Positions 46,483-59,064 of a DNA stretch of 64,000 nt are shown in pieces; position 1 is the first letter of the stretch, and every line of letters begins with the position of its first letter. The notes below the pieces were generated by a model. It searched no databases. It was given only the letters and a program-made list of their open reading frames with translations, and was not told where the DNA came from. This DNA comes from Squalus acanthias. Taxonomy: Eukaryota. Both the position numbers and the translations under genes were made by a program. The DNA is taken from the NCBI GenBank assembly GCA_030390025.1, contig CM059432.1, forward strand, positions 26,600,001 to 26,664,000, written 5' to 3'.

Positions 46483-48169
46483 TGTAAGGGGTTCTTGTCG
46501 TGCTTGTGTCACAGACGGTGCTGGTGCGAGGTTAGGCCTTCGTTGCCTAATACTATTGCTTGCTCTGGTCTCCGGCCAGCCTTGTTGCAATAAGCACCTG
46601 TGAGTGGTTCGACCCACTCGCCCTTACGGTTCTAACACTGGACATAGGTGCGAGAGCAGTAATGCAGAGAAAAACTCAAATAGACCTGGTTGAATAGTAT
46701 GAAATGGATAATCTTTATTGCATAGCATCCAAGATCATGAAGTACATGTCATAGGCGCAAATTAATGAGAGTACAAGTATACATACATTCATAAAGCTTG
46801 GTCTATGGTAATGAAGAACGCACGGCACATCGTAAAAAGGGGAACACATTATACTTTATCCTTAATAAAACCACCCTCCCCTATCAATATCTACACTACA
46901 TCTAGATTTGTAGGATCGCGAAACATGCTCACCATTCGTGATACTTCGGAGAATTTTAAAGTGAGACACTCGGCTCGTTTGCTGCAGCGCCTGACTGTCA
47001 CGTGTTTGGAGGGGTCTCCGTACCCCACTTGTTTATCTTCGCTGCTGCGGCAAGCAGGCCGGGCTCCCCGTTGTCATGAAGAACTCGACAGAACTCGGGC
47101 CCGGTTGTAGAACTCAAAGAAAAGTCTTCCTGTACTGACACCAGTTGTCGGTAGAATTCAATGAAGAGTCTTCCTATGGTGATGAAGTCGATGGACCTAA
47201 ACCGGTTCGTGCAATAACCCGTAGAATTCAAGAAATGAGTTCTATGTTTTCGGGCGCGGTCGGGGTTTACTGAACGCGGCGGCACGTGGATTCTTCTTCT
47301 TTTCTTGTCATTTCGTCTTGTCTTGTTGGGCCTTCGGGTCCAGACACCGTTTACCAACTCTCGGGATGGTGCACCCGGTCACTTGCCCTTGTCGAGGCGG
47401 CTCATTCCGTTTGAGCTCCACCCAACATTCGAATAACCGACCAGTACGGCTAAAAGTCAAGAGTCAACAAAGTCCAGAGAAACACAGAAGGCTGCTTGTC
47501 CAGCAGAGCGATACCCGAGGATCAGAATAAGAGAATAAGAGAGCGATGGACATTTGTTCTCTATAGTTATAGTGCTGTGTCCCCTTATCTCCCGCTCAAA
47601 TCTTAATGTTTGTCCTTTGTATAATATTGGCGCTCAAAACTCCCAGCATGGGGCGATTCTTTCCTTAACGGGTTTCGGTAGCACCTGAAACTGGCCAACT
47701 ACCCGTTAATGTTTTCCCCATTGTTGAACCGGCTAGGAGCTGGGTTTTTGGGGGCCCCCGAATGCTTGCTTAATCACCCGTCGATGTCTCTCTCATTGTA
47801 GAGCCGTGGGGGTATTTGTGTATTGATTTGTCTGGATGGGCCTTCGATTGCCCAGTACAATGGTCCTTACTTGTGCATGGACAACGATTACAGCACTTAT
47901 ATCTTTTGCTATTGTTTCGAATGCAAACAGGTTGCATCCTGTCTTTATCAGTGTTTATCGAGTATGATCCCGTCTTATATTGAAATGTTTATTCGAACGC
48001 CATCTTGTCTGCCCACTGTGATTCTGGAAGCTTCTGCCACGATGCGCGGCGACCATTTTACAGGCTTCTGTGTCCTTTATATCATGACAGCATTTCGTTT
48101 AATAAAACTGATCAAACGAACCTGCTTCTATCTTGTTATTTTGAATCGCGATAATTGCGAAACTTTACA
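46483..48169 (-). repeat. 5' LTR (1687 bp)
   Basis: About 35 substitutions and 2 indels (7 and 9 bp) versus the 3' LTR by manual count, roughly 2% divergence. Confidence 0.97.
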
Positions 48170-48560
48170 GGCCCGGGTCATGGGGAAAGAGATGTACTGG
48201 TGTCTCCTTTTATACAGGGCATTTGTCACCTCCCGGATACAACAATGGACCATGAACTGGGAGATATTGGCGATGTCCCCAGTAGAAGCTTAAAAGGAGC
48301 TGCTGGCATAAAAATTCAGAGCCACTGTGACCTTCGCTGCCACCGACAGAGACGTCCTGGTCCTCAGTAGAGGCTGCAGATCTGGTTGCAGCAGGTGGCA
48401 GAGTTCAGTGACCACCTCCTTGCTGAAGCACAGCCTGCGCAAACACTGCTCCTCAGACAAATGAAGGCATGAGAACTGCTCCCTCAATACCCTCGGAGGG
48501 TAAGGTCTCCTGTGCAGAGGCCTGTTGGCCCTTCTCCCTCTGGCCATGTTTGCCACTCTC
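48170..48560 (-). pseudogene. Harbinger transposase, N-terminal part
   Basis: RRPYPPRVLREQFSCLHLSEEQCLRRL...KVTVALNFYAS...; rejoins 35464 in frame ([15 protein letters not shown]). Confidence 0.9.
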
Positions 48561-49373
48561 TCTCTACGTCTCTGCTGCCTCCGATTCTGCAGGTGCAGGA
48601 CGACGCCCCGATTCAGTGCAGCCCCCAGAGTCTCTTCTAAATCGCTGCAATGAAGGTCAAATCAAAATGAACCTGCAAAGAGCTGCTCAGTAGCCAAAAC
48701 TCCTTCACACAGCATTGAATCTCTCCAGAAGTCTCTCTCCTTCTCAGAATGCGTGGTGCAAAAATGTCGCCGACAACAAAGGCAGGAAGCGGCCGCCTTT
48801 AAATAGCACTCCCCCAGCCCCTTCCTGACTGCAAAACGTTTCTCTCTACCTGTCGTTGCTAGCGGCAGGTGGAAAGGCAGGGGGCGCGACTCAATATCCA
48901 GTCCGGGGAGTTGCACGCGCGACTGACGTAACGATCTGCGGGCGCAGGAGATCGTTGCGGTAGTGTTTAACGCCGCCACAAAATGCCTGGTCAATTTCGC
49001 GAGCGCCGCAAACATCGCCGCGATTGGGCGCTAACTTACTAGCGCCCCGTTAGCGCCCCCTATGATTCTATGGTTCGAACATCATTCATTGCATTTTTCT
49101 ATACTTCTATTTTATGTTTCTCCACATAAAACTGGGGTGCTAAAACTGAAGTTAGCGATCGCCACCGCTATTTTTCGCCGGGCGCTAAATTTAGCGCCTA
49201 GGTAATATTAGCGACCCAAAATGGTTGCTAATGAATTTCTCCCCCTCAGTTTAAGAGTGTAGCATTTACACTCCAGTCCTTTGATACACTGCCCTTTTCT
49301 GAACTATTCGCTAAGCAGGATAACAAATGTGCTGTTCAATTTTGACAGTAAATGCACTGTTTTAAGATAAGTG

Positions 49374-49508
49374 GCAGTGTTCTCTGACTATATATGCTGT
49401 GCCTATATACATCACTTCACTTCACCTGACGAAGGAGCAGCGCTCCGATAGCTTGTGATTTCAAATAAAACTGTTGGACTATAACCTGGTGTTGTGCGAC
49501 TTCTCACA
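49374..49508 (+). mobile_element. Penelope-like fragment with a hammerhead motif (49422-49458; GAAA mutated to GATA)
   Basis: Same family as 31182-31398; 12-bp TSD TTAAGATAAGTG at 49362-49373 and 49509-49520. Confidence 0.75.
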
Positions 49509-49769
49509 TTAAGATAAGTGAGACAAGTGCTAGACAATTTAAAGAGACTAAAGACAAATAAATCCCAAGGGTGTGAGGGCATAGCCAGGAGTGTTGAGTG
49601 AGACCAGAAAGTGAGTACCAGTAAAAGTAATGGAAGCCATTCTAAGCAATAGGTTGGAGGACTACCTACATAGAAAAGACCTGATAAGAAATAGTCAACA
49701 TGGGTTTAGAGGTGGAAGTCCAGTACAGGTAAAGTAAATAGTGGTATACCTTTAATGTAGCAGAAATTT

Positions 49770-50055
49770 CCTCCAGTTAAATATTGGGAAGACGGAAGCC
49801 ATGGTCTTCGGTCCCCGCCACAGACTCCATTCCCTGACCACCTACTCCATTCCTCTCCCTGGCAACTGTCTGAGGCTGAACCAGACTGTTCGCAACCTTG
49901 GTGTCATATTTGACCCCGAGATGAGCCTGAAAACCTACCTCTTTGACCAAGCTTTTGATCATCTGCCCCAATATCTCCTTATGTGGCTCGGTATCAAATT
50001 TTGTTTTATAATGCTCCTGTGAAGTGCCTTGGGGCGTTTTAGTGTGTTAAAAACG
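49770..50055 (+). mobile_element. Internally deleted L2 LINE fragment
   Basis: LNIGKTEAMVFG...VRNLGVIFDPEMS joined to an L2 3'UTR. Confidence 0.75.
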
Positions 50056-51683
50056 CGATTGTGGCGGATCGCCACCTAAACGGGCATTATCCACTTTTCC
50101 GTCCGTGGACAATATATCGACGCACCTTCCCTTTAAGGCACCTTACCTTTAAGGCAGGAGTGGGCGGGGCCTCGGGATTTTTCCAGAGAATTCTGGGAGC
50201 AGTCTGTTCAGCCATTTTGTACCATGCAGTTGGATTAAAGAAGTCTCTTGTTTTCCCACACATGGATTCAGCCTTAATTCGTGTTTCGCGGCAGCCTCAA
50301 CACGATATAAATACAAGTTGTTGTTTACTTGCACTTTCAGAAAGCCTTTAATGAGGTTCTGTACAAAAGATTTCTAATTAAGCTAACATCCATGGAAAGC
50401 CTTGATAATACAATGTGGGACAGGATTAAAAGTTAGTTGAAGGATAGTAAGCAGAAAACAATAATGAGAGGTTTTTAATCGGACTGGGATAGGTGGTATG
50501 TGGAGCACTGCAGAGCTCAGTTTTAGGCCCACTCAGGACGATTTTAAGCCACCCCGCCAGGCGGGAATGAACCAGGTGCGGTGTTAAAATTGTTTCCGAT
50601 TACTTACAGTAACCCGAACCCTAAACCTAAACCTAAACCTATCCCTTCCTAGTGCTTTCCCGTGCGTCTCCATTCCCAGAAACAAGATCATAAGGTTCCC
50701 AGATAGCTGACATGACATTTTTATCCTATGACACTCAAATATCCTCCCAATAGTCGACCCTTCCAGGAACGTGACAGGATGGCTGCTGGGAAATAAGTAA
50801 TACCCCCAACATACATGGTTCATGACAGCCCTATGCACTTCCACCACACCTGAAAAATGCAGGTATAATCAGAGCCACGGCACCAGCAGGATCAAAATTG
50901 AGCACACAAACAAAGGTTTAGGTGTCTTTAGGTGACCTCGCCATACAGAGAGGCCTGCATTTTATTACGGATTATTTTGCTTATTGGAGAGGAAAGTGGA
51001 CGTGTGTAGGGCTTGTGCAGATAGTATTTTCCTCCTTGCTCTGACCTCCTCCACCAGGGCATCAGAAAACCTGGGAGAAGTCCTCTGACTCGTAACTGCT
51101 TTGAGAATTGTGTCTACAGTGTTGTCGGTTTAAACGGGCCTCATGTGGCCCACGGGAAATTGTGCCACGAAAATGGGTGCACTACCCCTATCCTGAGGCT
51201 ATCAGGTGGACAGCCTGTAAGTATTACATAAATGAGGCCCAGGAGTTAAAATCGCCCGGGTCTCACGCTGGCAGCGCCGAGCTGTTTGTCACTCGCCCCA
51301 CCCGCCCGATTCCCACTCCAGATAGAAATCTGTTTTATTGTTATGACTTGGATCCTGGGACCGATTGCAAGATGTCAACTTTGTAGTTGGCACTAGAAAC
51401 CAAGGAGCCCACTAACGATTTGCAGAAGGATTTTGAATCTATTATATAGCTGCGCAGACAGATGTTCGTTGAAATTTAACGCTGATAACACAGAATGTTG
51501 CACATAAGATGAAACAATGTGTGACAAATTAATGGAATATAATTAGCTCAGGCTGACTCAGAAAGGGATCTGGGAGAAAAGGAAAAGCAGTTAGGGGATG
51601 GACTGCAATTAATTATCAAATGGCTTAGATAAGGCAAGCTCAAGACATTCCCAGCATTGATTAAAGTACATTATAGAATCATA

Positions 51684-52150
51684 AAGAAAGACTTGCATTT
51701 ATATAGCGCCTTTCACGACCACCGGACGTCTTAAAGCGCTTTACAACCAATTAAGTACTTTTGGAGTGTAGTCATTGTTGTATTGTGGGAAATGCGGCAG
51801 CCAATTTGCACACAGCAAGCTCCCACAAACAGCAATGTGAAAATGACCAGATAATCTGTTTTAGTGATGTTGATTGAGGGATAAATATTGGCCAGGACAC
51901 CGGGGATAACTCCCCTGCTCTTCTTCGAAATAGTGCCATGGGATCTTTTACGTCCACCTGAGAGAGCAGACGGGGCCTTGGTTTAACGTCTCATCCAAAA
52001 GACGGCATCTCCGACAGTGCAGCACTCCCTCAGCACTGCACTGGAGTGTCAGCCTAGCTTTTTGTGCTCAAGTCCCTGGAGTAGGACTTGAACCCACAAC
52101 CTTCTGACTCAGGGGTGAGTGTGCTACCAACTGAGCCACAGCTGACACTG
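51684..52150 (-). mobile_element. Deu-domain tRNA-derived SINE, full length
   Basis: Collinear with 22843-23313; inserted into one copy of a small local duplication. Confidence 0.9.
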
Positions 52151-52865
52151 TAAGGAGGTAGTTTAACTCTGCTTGCCCAGCAGAAACCAGGCGGGCGGGC
52201 AGTTAAAATCGGCCCGACGGACTTAAGTGCTTGCTCTCCTCCCGCAGTCTTTGATTTTCTTCTTGTCACTGTCAATATCTAGACAGTGTGGTGAGGTGAA
52301 TACAAAGGCAAACAAAGTACAGCTAGAACATTGGAATACAAATTATACTAAGGTTAAGCTCAGGCTGTACAATACATTGGTTGGGCCCCCCTTGCAGTAC
52401 TATATACAGTCCCGCCTCCACAAAGGGAGTGTGCAAGCATTGAGAAGGGTACAGAGAGGAGCAACAAGAATAATTCCAACTGTAAGGAAGGGAATGACAC
52501 ATAAGGAAAATCTCAATCTATACAGGGAAAAGCAGCTAGGGGATGGACTGCAATGAACTATCAAATGGCTGAAATAAGGTAAGCACAGGACACTCCCAGC
52601 ATTGATTAAAGTACATTATAGAATCATAAGGAGGTAGTTTAACTTTGCTCACCCAGCTGAAACCAGGCGGGCGGGCGGGCAGTTAAAATCGACCCGAAGG
52701 ACTTAACTGCTTGCTCTCTTCCCGCAGTCTTTGATTTTCTTCTTCACCATTTTTGCTGGACAATACTTTTCAAAATTACCTTCGAGACCAGAGGTTTGCA
52801 GATAACAAAACATGAATAACTTTATTTACAGGCAAATAGTAAAGCAAAGTACAATATATGTATAA

Positions 52866-53090
52866 TGTCCTTGAGGGAAGGGAACCTGCCCTCCTAACCC
52901 AGTCCCACACTAATGTGGTTGACTCTTAACTGCCCTCTGAAGTAGCCTAGCAAGCCACTCAGTTATATCAAAGTGCTACCAAGAATACCACACAGACTGC
53001 AAGGTTCAAGAAGAAGGCCCATCATCACCTGCTCAAGGTAAGTATGGTCAATAAATGCCAATGAAGACCACATTCTGAGAGAGAATAATA
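52866..53090 (+). mobile_element. Fragment of the bipartite SINE family seen at 2640-3440
   Basis: aatgtggttgactcttaactgccctctgaa...caagccactcagtt joined to cacacagactgcaaggttcaagaagaaggccc. Confidence 0.75.
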
Positions 53091-56000
53091 AACAAAACTT
53101 TAAGGGGGTAAAATTGGCTCACGCCCCCTTTGGGGTGCTAACTTAGCTGGGGCACATGGCATCCTTTACACCACTTCTGCAGCTGTCAGCTTATCAGATA
53201 CATCGAAGCAGACTCAACTCACGACAGAATGAGCTGGCGTGTTCCCCGAGCAGCGGGTAACCCGTGGGGGAGCACGTAAAATTGCAAGGTAGGCTCAAAA
53301 TAGCATTAAATTGGCTGTTAACAAGCCATTTAATTAAATAAATTGTCTCCCCCGCCGCTTGGTGTCGGGTCAGTTCTGCGCAGACAGACCTGACACCTGG
53401 GAGACTCGAGTGGAGGTGGGTTGACAGCGGGTTTCCTACCCGCTGTCAATCTTTGCTATTTTGACAGCGGACCCACTCCAAACCCACACTCTGAGCACTG
53501 GCAAAATCCAGCCCTCTGTTACTCTACAAAGCTTGGAACTGTTTTTCTCCAGGGTACCGTGATATATACAACCAAAATGTTGTAAAGATTTCTCAAACAG
53601 AGCTCTGGCTTTAATCAGCAGGAGCTGTCGATGTCCATCTGTCACATCACAATGTGTAAAAGAGATCTTCATATTCGATGTTAGGGCATCCTGAAACTGT
53701 CCTTCCTAGTGAAAACTAATCGGATTGATCCAGGATTTTAAAAGAATGTGTCAAGATAGTATCTACTTGACAGGCTGCATGCACAGTTCAGGGTTAAATG
53801 ATGAAACAAGACTCTCTGTACCTTAGAGTGTCCTACTCAGCATGCTTTTAATAAAGCAACTTTATGTGCATAGTTTCATGTTTAATATACAGAGAAAGGT
53901 CTAAAGTTTTTTTTATGTCTTCAGCCAAACCATTCCCAATGATCTGAGATGCACTTAAATTAGTTTGTCCTGTTGCCTGAGCCTTTAATCATTTATTAAA
54001 GGAAATCTCAGGGAATGGAAACCACAAAGCACATTAAGGGACTTTACTTCCTGTCATCCTCAGTGTGAAACAAAAGCCCCGATATTTACGGGGTGGCGCG
54101 TTCGGAGCGGAAGATACGGGTTTCCCGGACGTCCTGTAGATATTAAGGGGAAAAAAAGACTTGCATTTATATAGCGCCTTTCACGACCACTGGACGTCCC
54201 AAAGCGCTTTACAGCCAATGAAGCAATTTTGAAGTGTAGTCACTGTTGTAATATGGGGAACGCGGCAGCCAATTTGCGCTCAGCAAGCTCCCACAAACAG
54301 CAATGTGATAATGACCAGATAATCTGTTTTTTTAGTGATGTTGATTGAGAGATAAATATTGGCCAGGACACCGGGAATAACTCCCCTGCTCTTCTTCGAA
54401 ATAGTGCCATGGGATCTTTTACGTCCACCTGCGAGAGCAGACAGGGCCTCAGTTTCAGGTCTCATCAGAAAGACGGCACCTCTAACAGTGCAGCGCACCC
54501 TCAGCACTACACTGAGATTATCAGCCTAGGTTTTTGTGCTCAAGTCCCTGGAGTGGGACTGTGAACACACAACCTTCTGACTGGCTGACACGGCAGATAT
54601 TAAGGAATTAAAGGGGACAAGGAAAGCACCATTGCCAGCGGTGCATAGGCCCGATCTTCGAGGCTTCTTCTCTATTAGGTGCCCACAGCTCACCGGTTCG
54701 AGATGATAGTAAGGCCCGAAGTCCAATATTAGGTGCGCCTCGGGCCTATCCATTCAGGCACAGCGATTGATCCCCTTTGTTCCTACTAGATTTAGAAGCA
54801 GCCTATCTCTCCTGTACCAACCCTCTTTGTTCTGAAATGGTCCCAGTTATTCATGAAGGTAGCATTATTGTTTTCACATCATGCTGCCAGCCACTCTTTA
54901 AATCCTCAGTTTTCTTGGTGAACTCCCTTCCTTTCCCAAACACCAAAAGTATACCAGACAATATTACTTTGCATCAGTATCTTTGAGTTTAAAGGCAGTC
55001 CTCATGTAAATGACTATTGCGGCCGTTATATTATTTCTCCCTTTGTTGTTTACTTCTATGTAGACTGCCATCACTACAGCCCTCCTTATGCCCTTCAGTA
55101 CCCCTTCTAACCTTTCCTCAATAGGTATTGTTCTGGCTCCAGTTAGACAACTCATCATCTTGCTGCCATTGTCTTTATAACATGCACACTCCTGAGCGAA
55201 GAATCCTCTACAACTACAATCTCTCTGTGACTTGAAACTGCATTTTAATCCAAAATATGGGGGAGGGATGAGACTTTTGTCTGTGATCCCGCCTGAAATC
55301 GGGCTGTGTCTTAAAATTATATCTGGGCCATTCAGGAGGGAAATCACAAAGTAGGGTGGTGGAAATCTTAAACTCTGCCTCAAAAGGCTGTGGATGCTAG
55401 TTCAACTGAAATTTTCAAGACTGAGATAGATAGATTTTTGTTAAGTAAGTGTAGCAAGCGATAGGGAGCAACGGTAAATGGAGTTACAGATCAACCACGA
55501 GCTAATAGAATGACAGAAAAGGCTCAAGGAGCTGAATGGACTACTCCTGTTCCCATGTTCTTACGCATCGTGATGGACATGGTGGGAAAATGTGGGAGGC
55601 CTATGTCGTGATTTCACTCACCCTGCTCCAGTCGGGGCTGTTGCTACCAACATCTTCCCTGCCTGCCGCTTGCAAATGATGACAGAATAATGCGGGCCAA
55701 GTCCCAGCAGATTTTCCTTCTTTCCGCCCGCATTACTGCCACTTCCCAGGGCCATCCTTAGGAACGTGGCGGTGGGCCTGGGGATGTGGGTGTTTGGCTG
55801 TGATGTCCTTGCAGTTAAATAACCGGCCCCGAATATCCATAGACAGTGGCCCTAACAGAATTTGCAGGGTCAGCGAGAGGGAACCTAGATTTGAATGGAG
55901 CCAGCAGACGCCCGCCCCACTATTGGTGCATCTCCTGTGCCCACCTGCTCCATGTGTCCTGAAATCAGGGGGCCAGTCCCCAGGTCCACCCCTCCCTGAG

Positions 56001-59000
56001 ATCCCATACATTCACATTTCTTTGGGAGTTCAGGCTGTTCCCTTCACCTGGAACCCCCCCCCCCCCACCACCTGGTGGGAGCCCACTTGCGCTCCTCTGG
56101 AGGCTGGTATGCCTCTACTCCCTCTTGGTGTACCAACCTTCAGTAATGCAACATGGAAGTAGTAACACACAGTGTACGTAATCCCTGCCTCTGGCTCTAC
56201 TCTGGCTTGGCATCCTCGGTGTCATTGGCCTGATAAGGGAAAGGCAAAGGTTCAACCATTTACAAGGCCAACTGGGAACTACCAGAGTTGACAGGGACCT
56301 GGTGTATCAAGTAGATACACCGGAGTTGACAGGGACCTCAAGTAGATTTGTGGCTTCATTGTCCAGCCTCACACATGAAGAAAAGATACTGTGCTGAGGT
56401 ATTAATGGTTGACTGAAAGAAAAAGAAATGGAGATAAATCTTTGCCTGCCATGTTAAGTGGCAAACATTTAAAGAAATAATCCAAAATTCTCAACGAATA
56501 TACATTTCATTGAGAAATAAAAACTCCATGGGAAAAGTGATCCATCCGTGGCTAACTAAAGAAGTTAAGGATAGGATTAGATTAAAAGAAGAGGCTTATA
56601 AGGTTGTGAAGAATAGTAGTAAGCCTGAGGATTGGAAGAACTTTAGAAACCAGCAAAGGATGACCAAAAAATTGATACAAAGGGAGAAAATAGAATATGA
56701 GAGTAAACTAGCAAGAAATATAAAAACAGATTGTAAGAGCTTCTACAAGTATGTAACAAGCAAGAGAGTAGCAAAAGTAAGTGTTGGTCCCTTAGAGGCT
56801 GAGACAGGAGAAATTATAATGGGGAATAAGGAAACGGCAGAGACTTTAAACAAATATTTTTTATCTATCTTCACAGTAGAAGACACAGAAAGCATACTAA
56901 AAATAGTGGGGGACCAAGGGGCTAATAAGAGTGAGGAACTTAAAGTAATTAATATCAGTAGAGAAAAAGTACTTGAGAAACTAATGAGACTAAAAGCTGA
57001 CAAATCCCCTGGACTCGATGGCCTACATCCTAGGGTTCTAAAACAGGTGGCTACAGAGATAGTGGATGCATTGGTTGTGATCTTCCAAAATTCCATAGAT
57101 TCTATAATGGTCCCAGTGGATTGGAAGGTAGCAAATGTAACCCCACTATTCAAGAAAGGAAGGAGAGAGAAAAAAGGGAACTACAGGCCAGTTAGCCTGA
57201 CATCAGTCATCGGAAAATGCTGGAATCCATTATTAAGGAAGTGGTAACAGGGCACTTAGAAAATCATAACATGATTAGGCAGAGTCAACATAGTTTTATG
57301 AAAGGGAAATCGTGTTTAACAAATTTATTAGAGCTTTTTGAGGATGTAACTAGTAGGGTAGATAAAGGGGAACCAGTGGATGTAGTATATTTGAATTTCC
57401 AAAAGGCATTCTATAAGGTGCCACATATAAGGTTGCTACACAAGATAAAGGCTCATGAGGTTGGGGGTAATATATTAGCATGGATAGATGATTGGTTAAC
57501 GGACAGAAAACAGAGAGTAGGGATAAACAGGTAATTTTTCAGTTGGCAGGCTGTAACAAGTCGGGTGCGTCAATGATCAGTGCTTGGGTCTCAGCTATTT
57601 ACAATCTATATTAATGACTTAGATGAAGGGATTGAGTAGAGTGTATCCAAGTTTGCTGACGATACAAAGCTAGGTGGGAAAGTAAGCTGTGAGGACACAA
57701 AGAGCCTGCAAAGGGATATAGACAGGTTCAGTGAGTGGGCAATAACGTGGCAGATGGAGTATAATGTGGGGAAATGTGAGGTTATTCACTTTGGTAGGAA
57801 GAATAGAATAACAGAAAAACAGAATATTTTTAAATGGTGAGAAACTATTAAATGTTTGTGTTCAGAGAGGAAGGACAGGAAGCTAGGAAAAGGTGGACAG
57901 GTGGCTCTGTTAATTAATGATGGTATTAGCACAATAGAGAGGGATGACCTAAGTTCAGGAAACCAGGATGTAGAAGCTGTTTGGGTAGAGATGAGAAATG
58001 ATAAAGGGAAGAAGTCACTTGTGGGAGTGGTGTACAGGTCCCCTAACAGTAACCACACGGTAGGATGGAGTATAAAGGAAGAAATAATGGGAGCTTGTCA
58101 GAAAGGTATGGCAATAATCATGGGGGATTTTAATCTACTATAGACTGGAAAAATCAGATGGGCAAAGGTAGCCTAGATGAGGAGTTCATAGAATGTTTTC
58201 GGGATAGTTTCTTAGAACAGCACGCTCTGGAGCCAACCAGAGAGCAGGCTATACTAGACCTGGTATTGTGCAACGAGATAGGATTAATTAATGACCTCAT
58301 AGTGAAGGCGCCCCATGGTAGCAGCGATCATAATATGATTGAATTTTACATTCAGTTTGAGAGAGAAGAGTGGGTCCAAGACTAGTATTTTAAACTTAAA
58401 TAAGGGCAATTATGAGGGCATGAAAGCAGAGCCAGCTAAAGTGAACTGGCAAATTAGGTTAAGGGATAGGTCAATAGAGTTGCAGTGGCAGACATTTAAG
58501 GGGATATTTCAGAATACACAGAATATATACATTCCAACGAGAAAGAAAAATTCCAAGGGGAGGACCCACCATCCGTGGTTAACTAAAAAAAGTTAAAGAT
58601 AGTATCAAACTTAAAGAAAAAACATATAATTGCACAAAGATGGGTGGCAGGTCAGAAGATTGGACAGAATATAAAAAACAGCAAAGAATGACGAAAAGAT
58701 TAATAAGGAGAGAAACATTAGAGTACGAGAGAAAGCTAGCTAGAAATATAAAAACTGATAGTAAGAGTTTCTATAGATATTTTAAAAAGAAAAGAGTTAA
58801 CAAAGTGAGCGTTGGTCCTATAGAAAGTGAGTCTGGGGAATTAATAATGGAAAATAAGGAGATGGCAGTTGAATCGAACAGGTATTTTGCATCGGTCTTC
58901 ACTATAGAGGATACAAGTAACAAGCCAGAAATAGCTGTAAATCAGGAAATGGAAGGGAGGGAGGAACTCAAGAAAATTACAATCACCAGGGAAGTGGTAC

Positions 59001-59064
59001 TGAGCAAATTGTTGGAGCTGCGGGCTGACAAGTCCCCGGGTCCTGATGGACTTCATCCTAGGGT

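Larger units (their letters stand above)
35465..48169 (-). mobile_element. Near-intact endogenous retrovirus (lokiretrovirus-like): LTR-gag-pol-env-LTR
   Basis: Paired LTRs with TGTAA...TTACA ends, 4-bp TSD GGCC (35461-35464 and 48170-48173), PBS, PPT and three core genes. Confidence 0.95.
32253..49245. mobile_element. Formerly autonomous two-gene Harbinger transposon (~4.3 kb without the ERV), convergent Myb and transposase genes
   Basis: TIRs GGGGAAGAAATTC / GAATTTCTCCCCC, flanks TCT/TCA, subterminal GCGCTA/TAGCGC arrays. Confidence 0.88.

Noticed and set aside
50610..50646. Telomere-like (AACCCT/AAACCT)n run
   Set aside because: Only about five degenerate units inside a MITE-like region; not an interstitial telomere.
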